A stretch of DNA of 53,357 nucleotides, counting the filler, from Catajapyx aquilonaris (Eukaryota): the NCBI GenBank assembly GCA_000934665.2. It is 3 parts of 3 records of this genome, joined end to end, with 100 filler letters (N's around TTAATTAATTAA, not from the genome) between each part and the next. Parts side by side here need not be neighbours in the genome. Positions count along the whole stretch, not along the records: positions 17,833 to 35,553 come from JYFJ02006880.1; 2 more parts are not named here. One strand, given 5' to 3'. The translations under genes were made by a program, and so were the position numbers. Every line of letters begins with the position of its first letter. The first letter of the stretch is position 1. The notes beneath the pieces were generated by a model. That model was not told where the DNA came from. It ran no database searches and saw nothing but the letters and a program-made list of their open reading frames with translations. Shown piece after piece: positions 23,233-33,594 of this stretch.

Positions 23233-24750
23233 TTACAGGTCGGACGACCCTAACGTCAAGAAGAGGCAGTACGGTTGTATCTTCCGCTTCATCTCCATAA
23301 TAAATTCATGGGACGCTTTTTCCATCATGGCGCCTTTGAAGCTCGCGAGGAGAAGGTGGTCTCCAAAGTAGTTGAACACCACCTGTACAACATCGGGGGT
23401 CAGCCTGTCGCTGGTGACGTTGAGGCAGTGGAGTCGTTTCATGGGGTTGCGTTTCAGCAGCTTCAACATTGTGAAGTTGTCCAGGTAGTTTCTCTGGACA
23501 ATATCCAGCACTCGTAGGTCCTCGCAGTCTGACACCAAGTGAAGAAGGTGGGTGGAATTGAAGGTGTCCGGCAAGTCCCGTATTTTAAGCACCTGCATGT
23601 CCCTGAATTGTCCGCCAGTCTTCTCGGGGTTGATTGGGGTTGCGGTGCAGCGGGTCAAGATCAGGTCCCACACATGGGGACATAGGTCTCCGATCATCTG
23701 GAGGTCGACCTCACCGCATCCAACCAGCCTCAGTCCTTGCAGGTTGGTCATCGAGATACCATGGACTTTCTTCAGAGCCGAGGAAAGCTTTGGGATGTCG
23801 GACAGCGACAGACGAAGGAGTTTGGAGAACACATATCCTGCCACCATCGACATCTGCTCCGGACTGGTGTGCGACAGGTGTAAGGTCCTCATTCTTCTGA
23901 ACCTGTTGATCGGAATCAGGTCCTTGCACCGGAAGAATGTCCCTTCGTCCAGTTTCGGGAAGTGTCGAGCCAGGTATGTCAGCAGGGTGCTTCCTTCGAC
24001 GCAGCAATTGCTGGTCATCCCATACTGCGGTTCGAAGAGGTTCAGCTCCTTGAGAGGGTAGGACTTCCGGATGCATCGCAGGAGAGGACTCATCAATGCC
24101 CGGTTGATGTGCAGGACCTCCAGCTGCGGCACACTGTCCAGAATATATACGACGTCGTACACTCTTCCTCCGCAGTACTCCACAAACACCCTCTTCAACT
24201 TCAGACAGTTGGCCAGAGTCGCAGGCTGGTTTCTGGACAACCCCCACTTGATGGCCAGCTCGAACAAATCTGGACAGTACCTGGCCAGTCTTTTGAACAG
24301 GTCTGAGTCATCAGTCACCAGAGTGGCTATCCGAAGAGACTTGAGCTTCCGGAGTCGAGGGAGATGCTTGGATAGCTGACACGCTATATCCGGCATCTCC
24401 TTGGAGCGATCAGACCATCCAAAGCAGATATGAGTCAGGTTCCGCAGCCTGTCCAGGTTTTCCAGTACCTTGACCTCTGCATCGTAGGCGCTCAGGGTGA
24501 TTCGGGTGCACCAGGGGCTAATAGCGTCTCGAATATTGGCATCTCGATACCACGGCATTGTTACTGATATGGAGAGGAGTCTACCAACATACTCATTCGC
24601 TAGAGTCACAGGTATGGTCTTGGAAAACTCCTGGATTGCCTTAGACTGTCCCTTGGGGCATCGTTGACAACACTGGATGATCCAGTTCAGGAACCGGATG
24701 AGGCTGATAGTTTTAAGAAACTTTGGTGACGATTCCACTCGAAGAGGCAT
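23233..24750 (-). CDS. LRR protein 2 (505 aa), paralog of LRR1
   Basis: Intronless ORF; shares SDLFKRLA.YCPDL.ELAIKWGLSRNQPATL and IPVTLAN.Y with LRR1; predicted 5'-UTR intron 24755-24817; AATAAA at 23158-23163. Confidence 0.87.
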   Translation of the reverse strand: MPLRVESSPKFLKTISLIRFLNWIIQCCQRCPKGQSKAIQEFSKTIPVTLANEYVGRLLSISVTMPWYRDANIRDAISPWCTRITLSAYDAEVKVLENLDRLRNLTHICFGWSDRSKEMPDIACQLSKHLPRLRKLKSLRIATLVTDDSDLFKRLARYCPDLFELAIKWGLSRNQPATLANCLKLKRVFVEYCGGRVYDVVYILDSVPQLEVLHINRALMSPLLRCIRKSYPLKELNLFEPQYGMTSNCCVEGSTLLTYLARHFPKLDEGTFFRCKDLIPINRFRRMRTLHLSHTSPEQMSMVAGYVFSKLLRLSLSDIPKLSSALKKVHGISMTNLQGLRLVGCGEVDLQMIGDLCPHVWDLILTRCTATPINPEKTGGQFRDMQVLKIRDLPDTFNSTHLLHLVSDCEDLRVLDIVQRNYLDNFTMLKLLKRNPMKRLHCLNVTSDRLTPDVVQVVFNYFGDHLLLASFKGAMMEKASHEFIMEMKRKIQPYCLFLTLGSSDL

Positions 24751-25180
24751 GTCCCTGCGAGTGTTTAAAAAAAAAAATGGAAAGTCATTTAAAATGGAAT
24801 CTGCAACAGACTCTTACCTCAGTACCTCAGGTGTTGTTCCTGCGAGTATTACTCCAACTTTTTTTTGTTGTTTTTTGTTTTTTTGTTTTGGAGATGCGCT
24901 GTCCCAGAGTAAGATTAACCTAACGCACTTATTAGAAGAAAAAAGACTGCCTTAAAAAAATTGGTTACGTGACTAATAGGAATATGCGTCACGTAGCAAC
25001 CACAACGTGGCATTGTCGGCAAGCAATTTGTTGTGACGACTTTTCCAACATTTTTTTTTCAAGATTCAGGTTCTTTTGCTGGAGGACCGTCAAGGAAATC
25101 ATATAGAACACACATATCATTCCAGCCATTTATTTCCATATTTTTGCTCAGATTAAGCCACCTTTTAAGCATTAATTCGG

Positions 25181-26716
25181 CTACATTAACTTTAAAAGGT
25201 ACATCTGACTTCCTGGTACGTGTATGGTGCTCACGTAGGCTCCGATCCTCATGTTGAAGTCGTAAGGCTTAACCTTCTCCTGCATCTCTTGAAGGTAAAC
25301 GTCTGGAAAGTTGTCTATCAGCTGACCTCCAAACTCAGCTGACACCAGGTCCTTTCCGAAGTAGTCAAAGACCACTCTTGTGACAGATGGACTTAGCCGG
25401 TCGCTGGTCAGACTCAGCTTCTTCAGATTGGTCATGGGGTTACGCTGGAGCAGGTAGTAGACAGAGGAGTCGTCCAGGCGGCGGTGCTGGGATATCTTCA
25501 GCTCCTCCAGTGAAAATGAATGGGACACCAGATAGGCCAGGTGAGGTTGGAACAGTGAGTCTTCGCGGTCCATGACTGTCAGTTTCTCCAGGTACTTCGG
25601 AGGGTTGTAGTCGAATCTGGTCTGGATTGGTGTCACATCGCAGGAGTGAAGCGCAACGTGCCTCAAGTTTGGGAACAGGTTGTTGACCTGCATGAGGTCC
25701 ACCTTCTTGCAAACGGTCAAGATCAGCTTGTGCATGGCTGGTACGGGGCTGGTGACGTTTCCAAGCAGTCCCTGAAGGTCAGTGATCGAAGTCAGCTGGA
25801 GGCTTACCAACCTGGTGAACAGTGCGTTATAAAGTGGCCGATTCTGGAAGCAGTTAGATAAGGACAGTTCCTTCACATCCATCATGCTGGTTATTAGTGG
25901 CAGGTAGTTGCATTTGGTGATCCGCAACTCCTGCAGATATGGGAAGTGAATCGCAAGGGAAGCCAGCTCTTGCCCTGAAACATGGCCATATTCAGTCACC
26001 AGGCTCCGTAGTCGGTATGGTCCTCGGCATATGCTGAGCAGGGATTTCAAGAGCGATCCTTGGATGGTCAAAGTGTGCAGCTGAGGCACGACGGACAGGA
26101 AGTAACGCACCTGTACGACGGACATGCCCGTGTACTGGATGGACACACGCTGGAGCCCCTGGAAGCCCCAGAGAGCCACCGGGTGATCCAGCGTCATATT
26201 CCAGAGGAACGAGAGTTCCTCCAACTTATGACAGTGTTGTTCCAGTTTCTCCAGCAGAAGCATCTCGTCAGTCACGGGACAATCCATCAGATTGAGAGAC
26301 CTCAGCTTATGGAGGCTAGGAATACGTCTGATAATCATCCGAGCCATATCCAATGAGTCCACACTGGCGTATCCAGGCCGATTCAGCACCGTCAGATGAG
26401 TCAGGTTTTTAAGTTTGTCCAGGTTTCTCGCAATGGACATCATCTGTCTGGACGGTCGAAGAGTGAGGCTGGTGCACCAGATACACATGGCGTTTCGGGG
26501 GTTGACTCGTGCCAGTTCGGTCTGATGGATCGTGATGGAGATGAGCTCTTTCATGTATTCGTTGGCCAGACAGACCGGGATGGATTTGGACAGGGCCTGG
26601 ATCTTCCTGGCCTGTCCAGTTGGATGTCTTCGGCAGCAGTTCAGGATCATGCGGGCAACGAACTTGAGGCTGGCGGATTCGAGCCGTGGAAATGTGTCGC
26701 TCCGTGGTCGTGGCAT
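25181..26716 (-). CDS. LRR protein 3 (511 aa), more distant paralog
   Basis: Intronless ORF; IPVCLANEY, LKNLTHLTV, FPNLRHVAL, NPMTNLKKLSLTSDRL; predicted 5'-UTR intron 26721-26822; AATAAA at 25129-25134. Confidence 0.87.
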   Translation of the reverse strand: MPRPRSDTFPRLESASLKFVARMILNCCRRHPTGQARKIQALSKSIPVCLANEYMKELISITIHQTELARVNPRNAMCIWCTSLTLRPSRQMMSIARNLDKLKNLTHLTVLNRPGYASVDSLDMARMIIRRIPSLHKLRSLNLMDCPVTDEMLLLEKLEQHCHKLEELSFLWNMTLDHPVALWGFQGLQRVSIQYTGMSVVQVRYFLSVVPQLHTLTIQGSLLKSLLSICRGPYRLRSLVTEYGHVSGQELASLAIHFPYLQELRITKCNYLPLITSMMDVKELSLSNCFQNRPLYNALFTRLVSLQLTSITDLQGLLGNVTSPVPAMHKLILTVCKKVDLMQVNNLFPNLRHVALHSCDVTPIQTRFDYNPPKYLEKLTVMDREDSLFQPHLAYLVSHSFSLEELKISQHRRLDDSSVYYLLQRNPMTNLKKLSLTSDRLSPSVTRVVFDYFGKDLVSAEFGGQLIDNFPDVYLQEMQEKVKPYDFNMRIGAYVSTIHVPGSQMYLLKLM

Positions 26717-27706
26717 GGTTCTGTATAATTGGAAATTATTTTAAATTGTTCAACCAAAAGCCTTGAATCCTTATGCGATATCGGCATGAGTAAGAAAGAG
26801 TGTAAAATGTTATAAAACATACCGTACTTGTTTGGACGTAGTTTATCCGGAGAATTGGTAAAAAAAAAAGTTGATCCCAGGTCAAGTCCACCTTTGATTA
26901 CCCCTTGCAATAAATGGATTGTTATACTGATTTCATAGCAACACAATTAGGCCAAATCCATTGTTGCGAGAAGCAAGATATTTTTTTGTTTGTTTTGCAT
27001 GTGCTTTTACCTTTTACCGACTCAATTATTCAATCAGTGAAAAATAAAATTGTCTGCAAAGGATGTGACGGTGTCTGTGTATTTGTAGTGTCGTCAAAAT
27101 TGTCAACTATAAAATGGAACCAGTATTTCCTCTGGTCTTGTTTATTAGTTTGTTTCTATCTCTAGCTATATGTCTCGTCTAATAACCCCAATTGCTTTGG
27201 CTCCTTCCCACTCGGTCAATCAATCAACATGAGGAAAATAAAGTCACCTTCATGCGGGCCATTGGAGTCAAAGTGTGGGAGATTAAAAATTGCATGTCGG
27301 CATGCTACAGTAAACGTTAATTATTAATTGACGGTCGCGTGATTGCTTAATAGAGTGTTTCTACTTTATACGCTGCATGTGATATTGTAATTTTAAACTT
27401 GAATTATATGCTAATATTTTTCAATTAGAAATTAGTCATCTTCATATTATTTCTGTCTCTGTTTCTGTCTCCATCTCTGTATTATTTAATAATCAGAGAG
27501 CGTTAGTTACTTTGCTCATTTCCACTCAAACAAACAAGCAACCTTGACCTTTATATTGATCAGTTATTCTGCAGAGGGATATCAGATGATAATATATGAG
27601 ACACGCATAGATACTGTTGTGTAAACCGTCTTGTATAATTATATGGCTTCAAAGTCGATATGTTTCTTCCAGGCGACACTACTTGCTGTTAGTAAGTGTT
27701 CAAACC

Positions 27707-29110
27707 ATGGGTCAAGTACGTGAAATCACTTCGTCTCGCAAAGCAGGCTGGGTTGGGGACAAGGATGAAACTGATTTCTGCACTGCTTTTCGGTCCGTTT
27801 CCGTCCTTAGTGTCGCAGCAGGTGTGTTGGGCACTAGAAAAAAGGGGACACGTCTGATAGGCCTAATGCACCTCCTGTTGCTGGTGTTGTACATCGTGAC
27901 AGTGACATGTTACCTGCCACCTCAGCTGGAAAGACTGGCTGACATGGGATCGACATTGGCGGGAACTCTGACTGTCTACTACGTGATGACTCGTTGCGGG
28001 CCTTGGCTAGTGCTTGCCATCATGCAGGTCAAGTTAGGAGGGATTGGAGAAGTCATGCGTGACATGGCTGCCTTGAGAGTCCATGTGGACTGGCGCAGAA
28101 TGAGGAGACGCTCCGTGGCATTGGCCGTGGTGTGTCTCATCATGCCTTGCATCCTCTCTTCATCCACGACTGTCGATGCCCTCTTGAGAAACGGATTGGG
28201 TCGTCCCTCCGCCATTGTGTTCATCCTGCTCACATGGCACGTCGAGTTCATCTACAACATGGTACTGGCTCAGATTGCCACCCTGACCAACTTCATCTGC
28301 GAAGTTCTGAAGTCGATTAATCAAGATTTACATGGAGCTTGCGATGAGCTTCAGATGCAGGGAAACGAGACGGGCTTTGATAACAAGATGAAGGAAGTGT
28401 CGAGAGACATTCGAGTAGTGTTTCACCTGGTTGGGAAGGTGAACCGAGCGTACGGAGTCCCTATCCTTGTTTTGTACTTCATTTCGTTGGTGTCCATCAC
28501 TAGCAACATCTTCGTTGTCGTTTTGAGCGAATTTTCGGCAGCAAATGCATTGGATTGCGTGCTGTTATTAAGTCTGGTAACCAGTAAAGGGCTGTCAATA
28601 GCAGCATTTACCATTGTACTGAGTGAAGTTCCCGATGAGGTAAGTGCAATATTGTTCAGTATGACTCTCAAAACATCTAGGAATGGAAGATATCAGGTGG
28701 GACTCAAGTCTGCATTTATTTAAGTCGTCAGCATGTCTGAAGGACTTGATTTGGGTTCGTCCTCTTCTAAAGAGTGCAGATAGCAAAGAACAGGTCAGTA
28801 TATGAGGCTTTTCGCTGTTTATCGTGGAAATTTTATAATTTTGAACAAACGTAAAACTCCTATATTGTAGGTTCGAGCACTGGTGTATGTGATGAGTGGT
28901 CCACCGGTGCAAATCACAGCCGCCAACTTCTTCGCCATCAGCCGAGGTCTGCTGATCTCGGTGAGTTTTCATCAATTGTGTAATGTCAATATGTGACATG
29001 ACCCTCTTACCCAGATTGTAGGCGCAATCACCACCTACATAATAGTATTGGCACAGTTCAAGGGAGCGGAAGAGGCAGACTGCACAACCAACTCCACTAG
29101 AACCATGTGA
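27707..29110 (+). CDS. Gustatory receptor (GR2), ~395 aa, 4 coding exons
   Basis: Exons 27707-28639, 28725-28793, 28871-28960, 29015-29110 (phase 0, GT-AG); ITAANFFAISRGLL and TYIIVLAQF; same exon layout as GR1. Confidence 0.9.
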
Positions 29111-30569
29111 TGTGTTGCTTAAAAAACGAAATGTGTTGTTGCTTCGTACATGACATGAAATATTCAACGTGCGCACTGTATACATGTACTGTACAGGATA
29201 CACTGTCTGCTTCTTCTGCGACAAAGGGTATTCCCAGTGGTCACTCTTCACCCCGAAACTGCTGATTTGTACGCGGACTTCACCAGAAACTTTCATAGCA
29301 AACAGGTGTGACCAGTATGTTCTACAAGTCCACACCAGAGTGGGTCAGACAAGAGCAAGAAGAGTACAACACAGCCAGCCGTGTTGAGCTATACAGATCC
29401 TTTATTTAAGGACTTGTATGAGAAATACTCGGAGAAATATTTTGACTCGTGCGAAAATATGTAATACATGGCGTCACTGTTCATGTGCCGCCCCAAGTTG
29501 AATCGCCCGATGCGGGCGAAAGTCGCTTACACCCTTCCCCCCTAGGACAGTGGGGATCTCTTCAGGATATACACGGGACCTTCGCCCTTACTGGTGTGAG
29601 CATTGGCTAATTCACCTTGGAGCGGCATAAAAGTGTAAATCCCAAGATTTAATTCGCTGGATTTTGCTAAGTACTAGTAGGAGTATCCATGACCAAAATT
29701 CAAATTTTTTTAAAAATAACAATTTTCGAGATATTTGGCCTTGAAATCCGCAAATTTCGGAATTTCACCAATGCCGAACCTAAAAATCAGCCAGGAGTGG
29801 GGAGAGGGAGGGGGGGAGGGGGCAGATAAGGCTGTACACCTTGATAGAATCTTTTCACGACATCGTTGTGTCCTTCATGCAGGTAGTGCTGGTGATGTGC
29901 TGTACGGCCGTGCAGACATGTTTCACACGATTGTGAACAGATCGACGCTCTAGAAGGTTTTAAACATTGATTTTAATTTCGAAGTTACTGAGGGCTTGCG
30001 GCAGTATATAGGGAAGCGGGAATGACTTGTGTCTGGGCAAGGGCATGTTTTCATCAGGCTTGACAAAAATTAAACATAGTTATATGTTGCGTGTTGTAGT
30101 CCACATCGTTTCGTGTTAGACGTCATTGCACGATACTTGACGGCAGATGAACACGCACTGTCATTGGTTCATCATTGACATGACACTTTTTGGGTTGGAT
30201 AATAAAGGACATGTAAAGGTCAAGCTCTCATTTATTACTACCACATGATCATAAATCATAGCTGTGCAGTTGTGAAAAGGTACGGTAATTAAAATGTGCA
30301 CTTGCCAAAAAATGAGTTAAAAAAGCTCTGCAGTGCATTTTCATAAATACGCTCAAAATGGTCAAGTCCTCCCTCGCATACTTATGATAAGTTTAATTTA
30401 CAAACTAACTGTACACATTATAAGATAACAGAAAACCCAAAATATAGTAGAATAGTTCTAAGAATACAATACTGAAGTCCTTGCACGGTGATTGAAGAAA
30501 AACAAGTTTGAAAACTGTGGGGTAGTAGTAACTATAGCAATGGGACGAAAATCCGACCCAAACTTACTA

Positions 30570-30952
30570 TACATTATTTTGTCCAACCTCTTCTCAGATT
30601 TAGTGCCGGAGAAGGGGGGTCCGCCTCTGAAGGTAATTTTGTTCCATCTCTATACTAAGCAAATCAACATCGATATAACTTCGAAATCTAGTAAAGTTCA
30701 TATCTGTAACCATTTTCATTTTCAAATGAAAAGGGTGGGGCACAAAAATGTGGTGTGGGAGGGTGTCGTTGGTCTTTTGTTTCTCTCCCTCCTCTTGTGA
30801 TTTTTCATCTTCATGTCTGTAAATGTACATCGACAGAGCTTCAAAAATCAGTAAAAGTCATCTCTGTAACCTTTCCATTTTTTGAGCGGTAGAATGTAGG
30901 AGAAAATCTACCCGCTTTTTGGAGGGGGACCCATTATTTTGTCCAACCCCTG
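30570..30952. mobile_element. Partial Tc1/mariner-type non-autonomous element abutting the palindromic MITE
   Basis: Ends ...ATTATTTTGTCCAACCCCTG|TA; the ATTATTTTGTCCAACC motif recurs at ~30573. Absent from the second duplication copy. Confidence 0.5.
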
Positions 30953-30956
30953 TATA

Positions 30957-31523
30957 CAGGGTGTTCAAAAACTCGCGGAAAGTGGCCAGGTAGCCTGATA
31001 GGACTTGCAAAACTAATATAGGGATGTGGAAGTAGTTTTGGGCTAACTTGCATAGTTTTTGCGTACGACGCCTTCAAGATTTCGGTAGTTTCATGACGTC
31101 ACATCCGCCTTGAGGCCCCCATTGCGTCATCATACATGTTGTTGTGGCTGTTGCCATTGGCACTGATTATTGGTGCGAATATTGTCAACTGGTATTGTTG
31201 AGAAATAAACAACGCTTTCAGTCTGGCAATTGAGGCATCGACTGGCCACAGATACAAGCTGAAATCGTTGTTTATTTCTTAACAATCACAGTTGACAATA
31301 TTCGCAACAATAATCAGTGCCAATGGCAACAACCACAACAACATGTATGATGACGCAATGGGGGCCTCAAGGCGGATGTGACGTCATGAAACTCCCGAAA
31401 TCTTGAAGGCGTCGTACGCAAAAACTATGCAAGTTAGTCCAAAACTACTTCCACATCCCTATATTAGTTTTGCGAGTCCTATCAGGCTACCTGGCCACTT
31501 TCCGCGAGTTTTTGAGCACCCTG
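30957..31523. mobile_element. 567-bp near-perfect palindromic Tc1/mariner-type MITE
   Basis: TA|CAGGGTGTTCAAAAACTCGCGG... / ...CCGCGAGTTTTTGAGCACCCTG|TA; the arms pair for ~260 bp with few mismatches. Confidence 0.92.
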
Positions 31524-32187
31524 TATGTTGCGTGTTATAGTCCACATTATCGTTTTTGGCTTGCTTTTTAGGTTGGATAATAAAGGTGGCATGGAGGGAC
31601 GCATACCTGCCAGGATATTTTATACTTTGTGTTTGAAGGACATTATCTGGGTAACTATTCTTCGGAGACGCACGATACCGAGGGAAATACCTCAGACGGG
31701 GCGGACTGATAAGCGGAGCGTGTGCCAGACATGTCTACTCACCGTCTCAGCATACAGCAGATTTGCGAGTCAACTTAAGAGAAATAAAGTCACCTATGCG
31801 GGCCATGGGAGTCAAAGTGTAGCGCATGAAAAATTGCATATTGGCATGCTACAGTGAACGTTAATTACTATTTATTGACGGTCGCGTGATTGCTCAATGA
31901 GTGTGGTACACAGTCTTTAGACATTGTCAGCTTCATGTGAAATTGTATTTTTAAATTTGAAATATATGCTAATATTTTTAAAGCCGAATTAGTCATCTTC
32001 ATATTATTGTATTTCTTAAACAAGCAAGCAACCTTGAGATTTATATTGATCGGTTATTGTACAGAGGGATAGCAGATGATAATTTATGAGACACGCATAG
32101 ATACTGTTGTGTAAACTGCCTTGTATATTGCTTATAAGTCGATACGTTTCTTCCAGGCGACACTTGCTGTTAGTGTGTGTTCAAACC

Positions 32188-33594
32188 ATGGGTCAAGTAC
32201 GTGAAATCACTTCTTCTCGCAAAGCAGGCTGGGTTGGGGACAAAGATGAAAATGATTTTTGCACTGCTTTCCGGCCCGTTTCCGTCCTTAGTGTCGCAGC
32301 AGGTGTGTTGGGCACTAGAAAAAAGGGGACACGTCTGATAGGCCTAATCCACCTCCTGCTGCTGGTGTTGTACATCGTGACAGTGACATGTTACCTGCCA
32401 CCTCAGCTGGAAAGACTGGCGGACATGGGGTCGACATTGAAGGGAACTGTGACCGTCTACTACGTGATGACTCGTTGCGGGCCTTGGCTAGTGCTTGCCA
32501 TCATGCAGGTCAAGTTGGGAGGGATTGGAGAAGTCATGCGTGACATGGCTGCCTTGAGAGTCCATGTGGACTGGCTCAGAATGAGGAGACGCTCCGTGGC
32601 ATTGGCAGCGGTGTGTCTCATCATGCCTTGCATCCTCTCTTCATCCACGACTGTCGATGCCCTCTTGAGAAACGGATTGGATCGTCCGTCCGCCATTGTG
32701 TTCATCCTGCTCACATGGCACGTCGAGTTCATCTACAACATGGTCCTGGCTCAGATTGCCACCCTGACCAACTTCATCTGCGAGGTTCTGAAGTCGATTA
32801 ATCAAGATTTACATGGAGCTTGCGATGAGCTTCAGATGCAGGGAAACGAGACGGGCTTTGATAACAAGATGAAGGAAGTGTCGAGAGACATTCGAGTAGT
32901 GTTTCACCTGGTTGGGAAGGTGAACCGAGCGTACGGAGTCCCTATCCTTGTCCTGTACTTCATTTCGTTGGTGTCCATCACTAGCAACATCTTCGTTGTC
33001 GTTTTGAGCGAATTTTCGGCAGCAAATGCATTGGATTGCGTGCTGTTATTAAGTCTGGTAACCAGTAAAGGGCTGTCAATAGCAGCATTTACCATTGTAC
33101 TGAGTGAAGTTCCCGATGAGGTAAGTGCAATATTGTTCAGTATGACTCTCAAAACATCTAGGAATGGAAGATATCAGGTATGACTCAAGTGTGCATTTAT
33201 TTAAGTCGTCAGCATGTCTGAAGGACTTGATTTGGGTTCGTCCTCTTCTAAAGAGTGCAGATAGCAAAGAACAGGTCAGTATATGAGGCTTTTCGCTGTT
33301 TATCGTGGAAATGTTATAATTTTGAACAAATGTAAAACTCCTATATTGTAGGTTCGAGCACTGGTGTATGTGATGAGTGGTCCACCGGTGCAAATCACAG
33401 CCGCCAACTTCTTCGCCATCAGCCGAGGTCTGCTGATCTCGGTGAGTTTTCATCAACTGTGTAATGTCAATATGTGACATGACCCTCTTACCCAGATTAT
33501 AGGCGCAATCACCACCTACATAATAGTATTGGCACAGTTCAACGGAGCGGAAGAGGCAGAGTGCACAACCAACTCCATCACTAGAACCATGTGA
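32188..33594 (+). CDS. Gustatory receptor (GR3), ~396 aa, near-identical paralog of GR2
   Basis: Exons 32188-33120, 33206-33274, 33352-33441, 33496-33594; TYIIVLAQF signature; intact frame and splice sites. Confidence 0.9.

Noticed and set aside
21295..26744. Antisense and alternate-frame ORFs overlapping the LRR genes
   Set aside because: Shadow ORFs expected opposite GC-balanced coding sequence.
28595..29335. 246-aa minus-strand ORF (and 187-aa copy at 33076-33639)
   Set aside because: Antisense to GR exons, introns and 3' flank; not conserved in length between the duplicates; no motifs.
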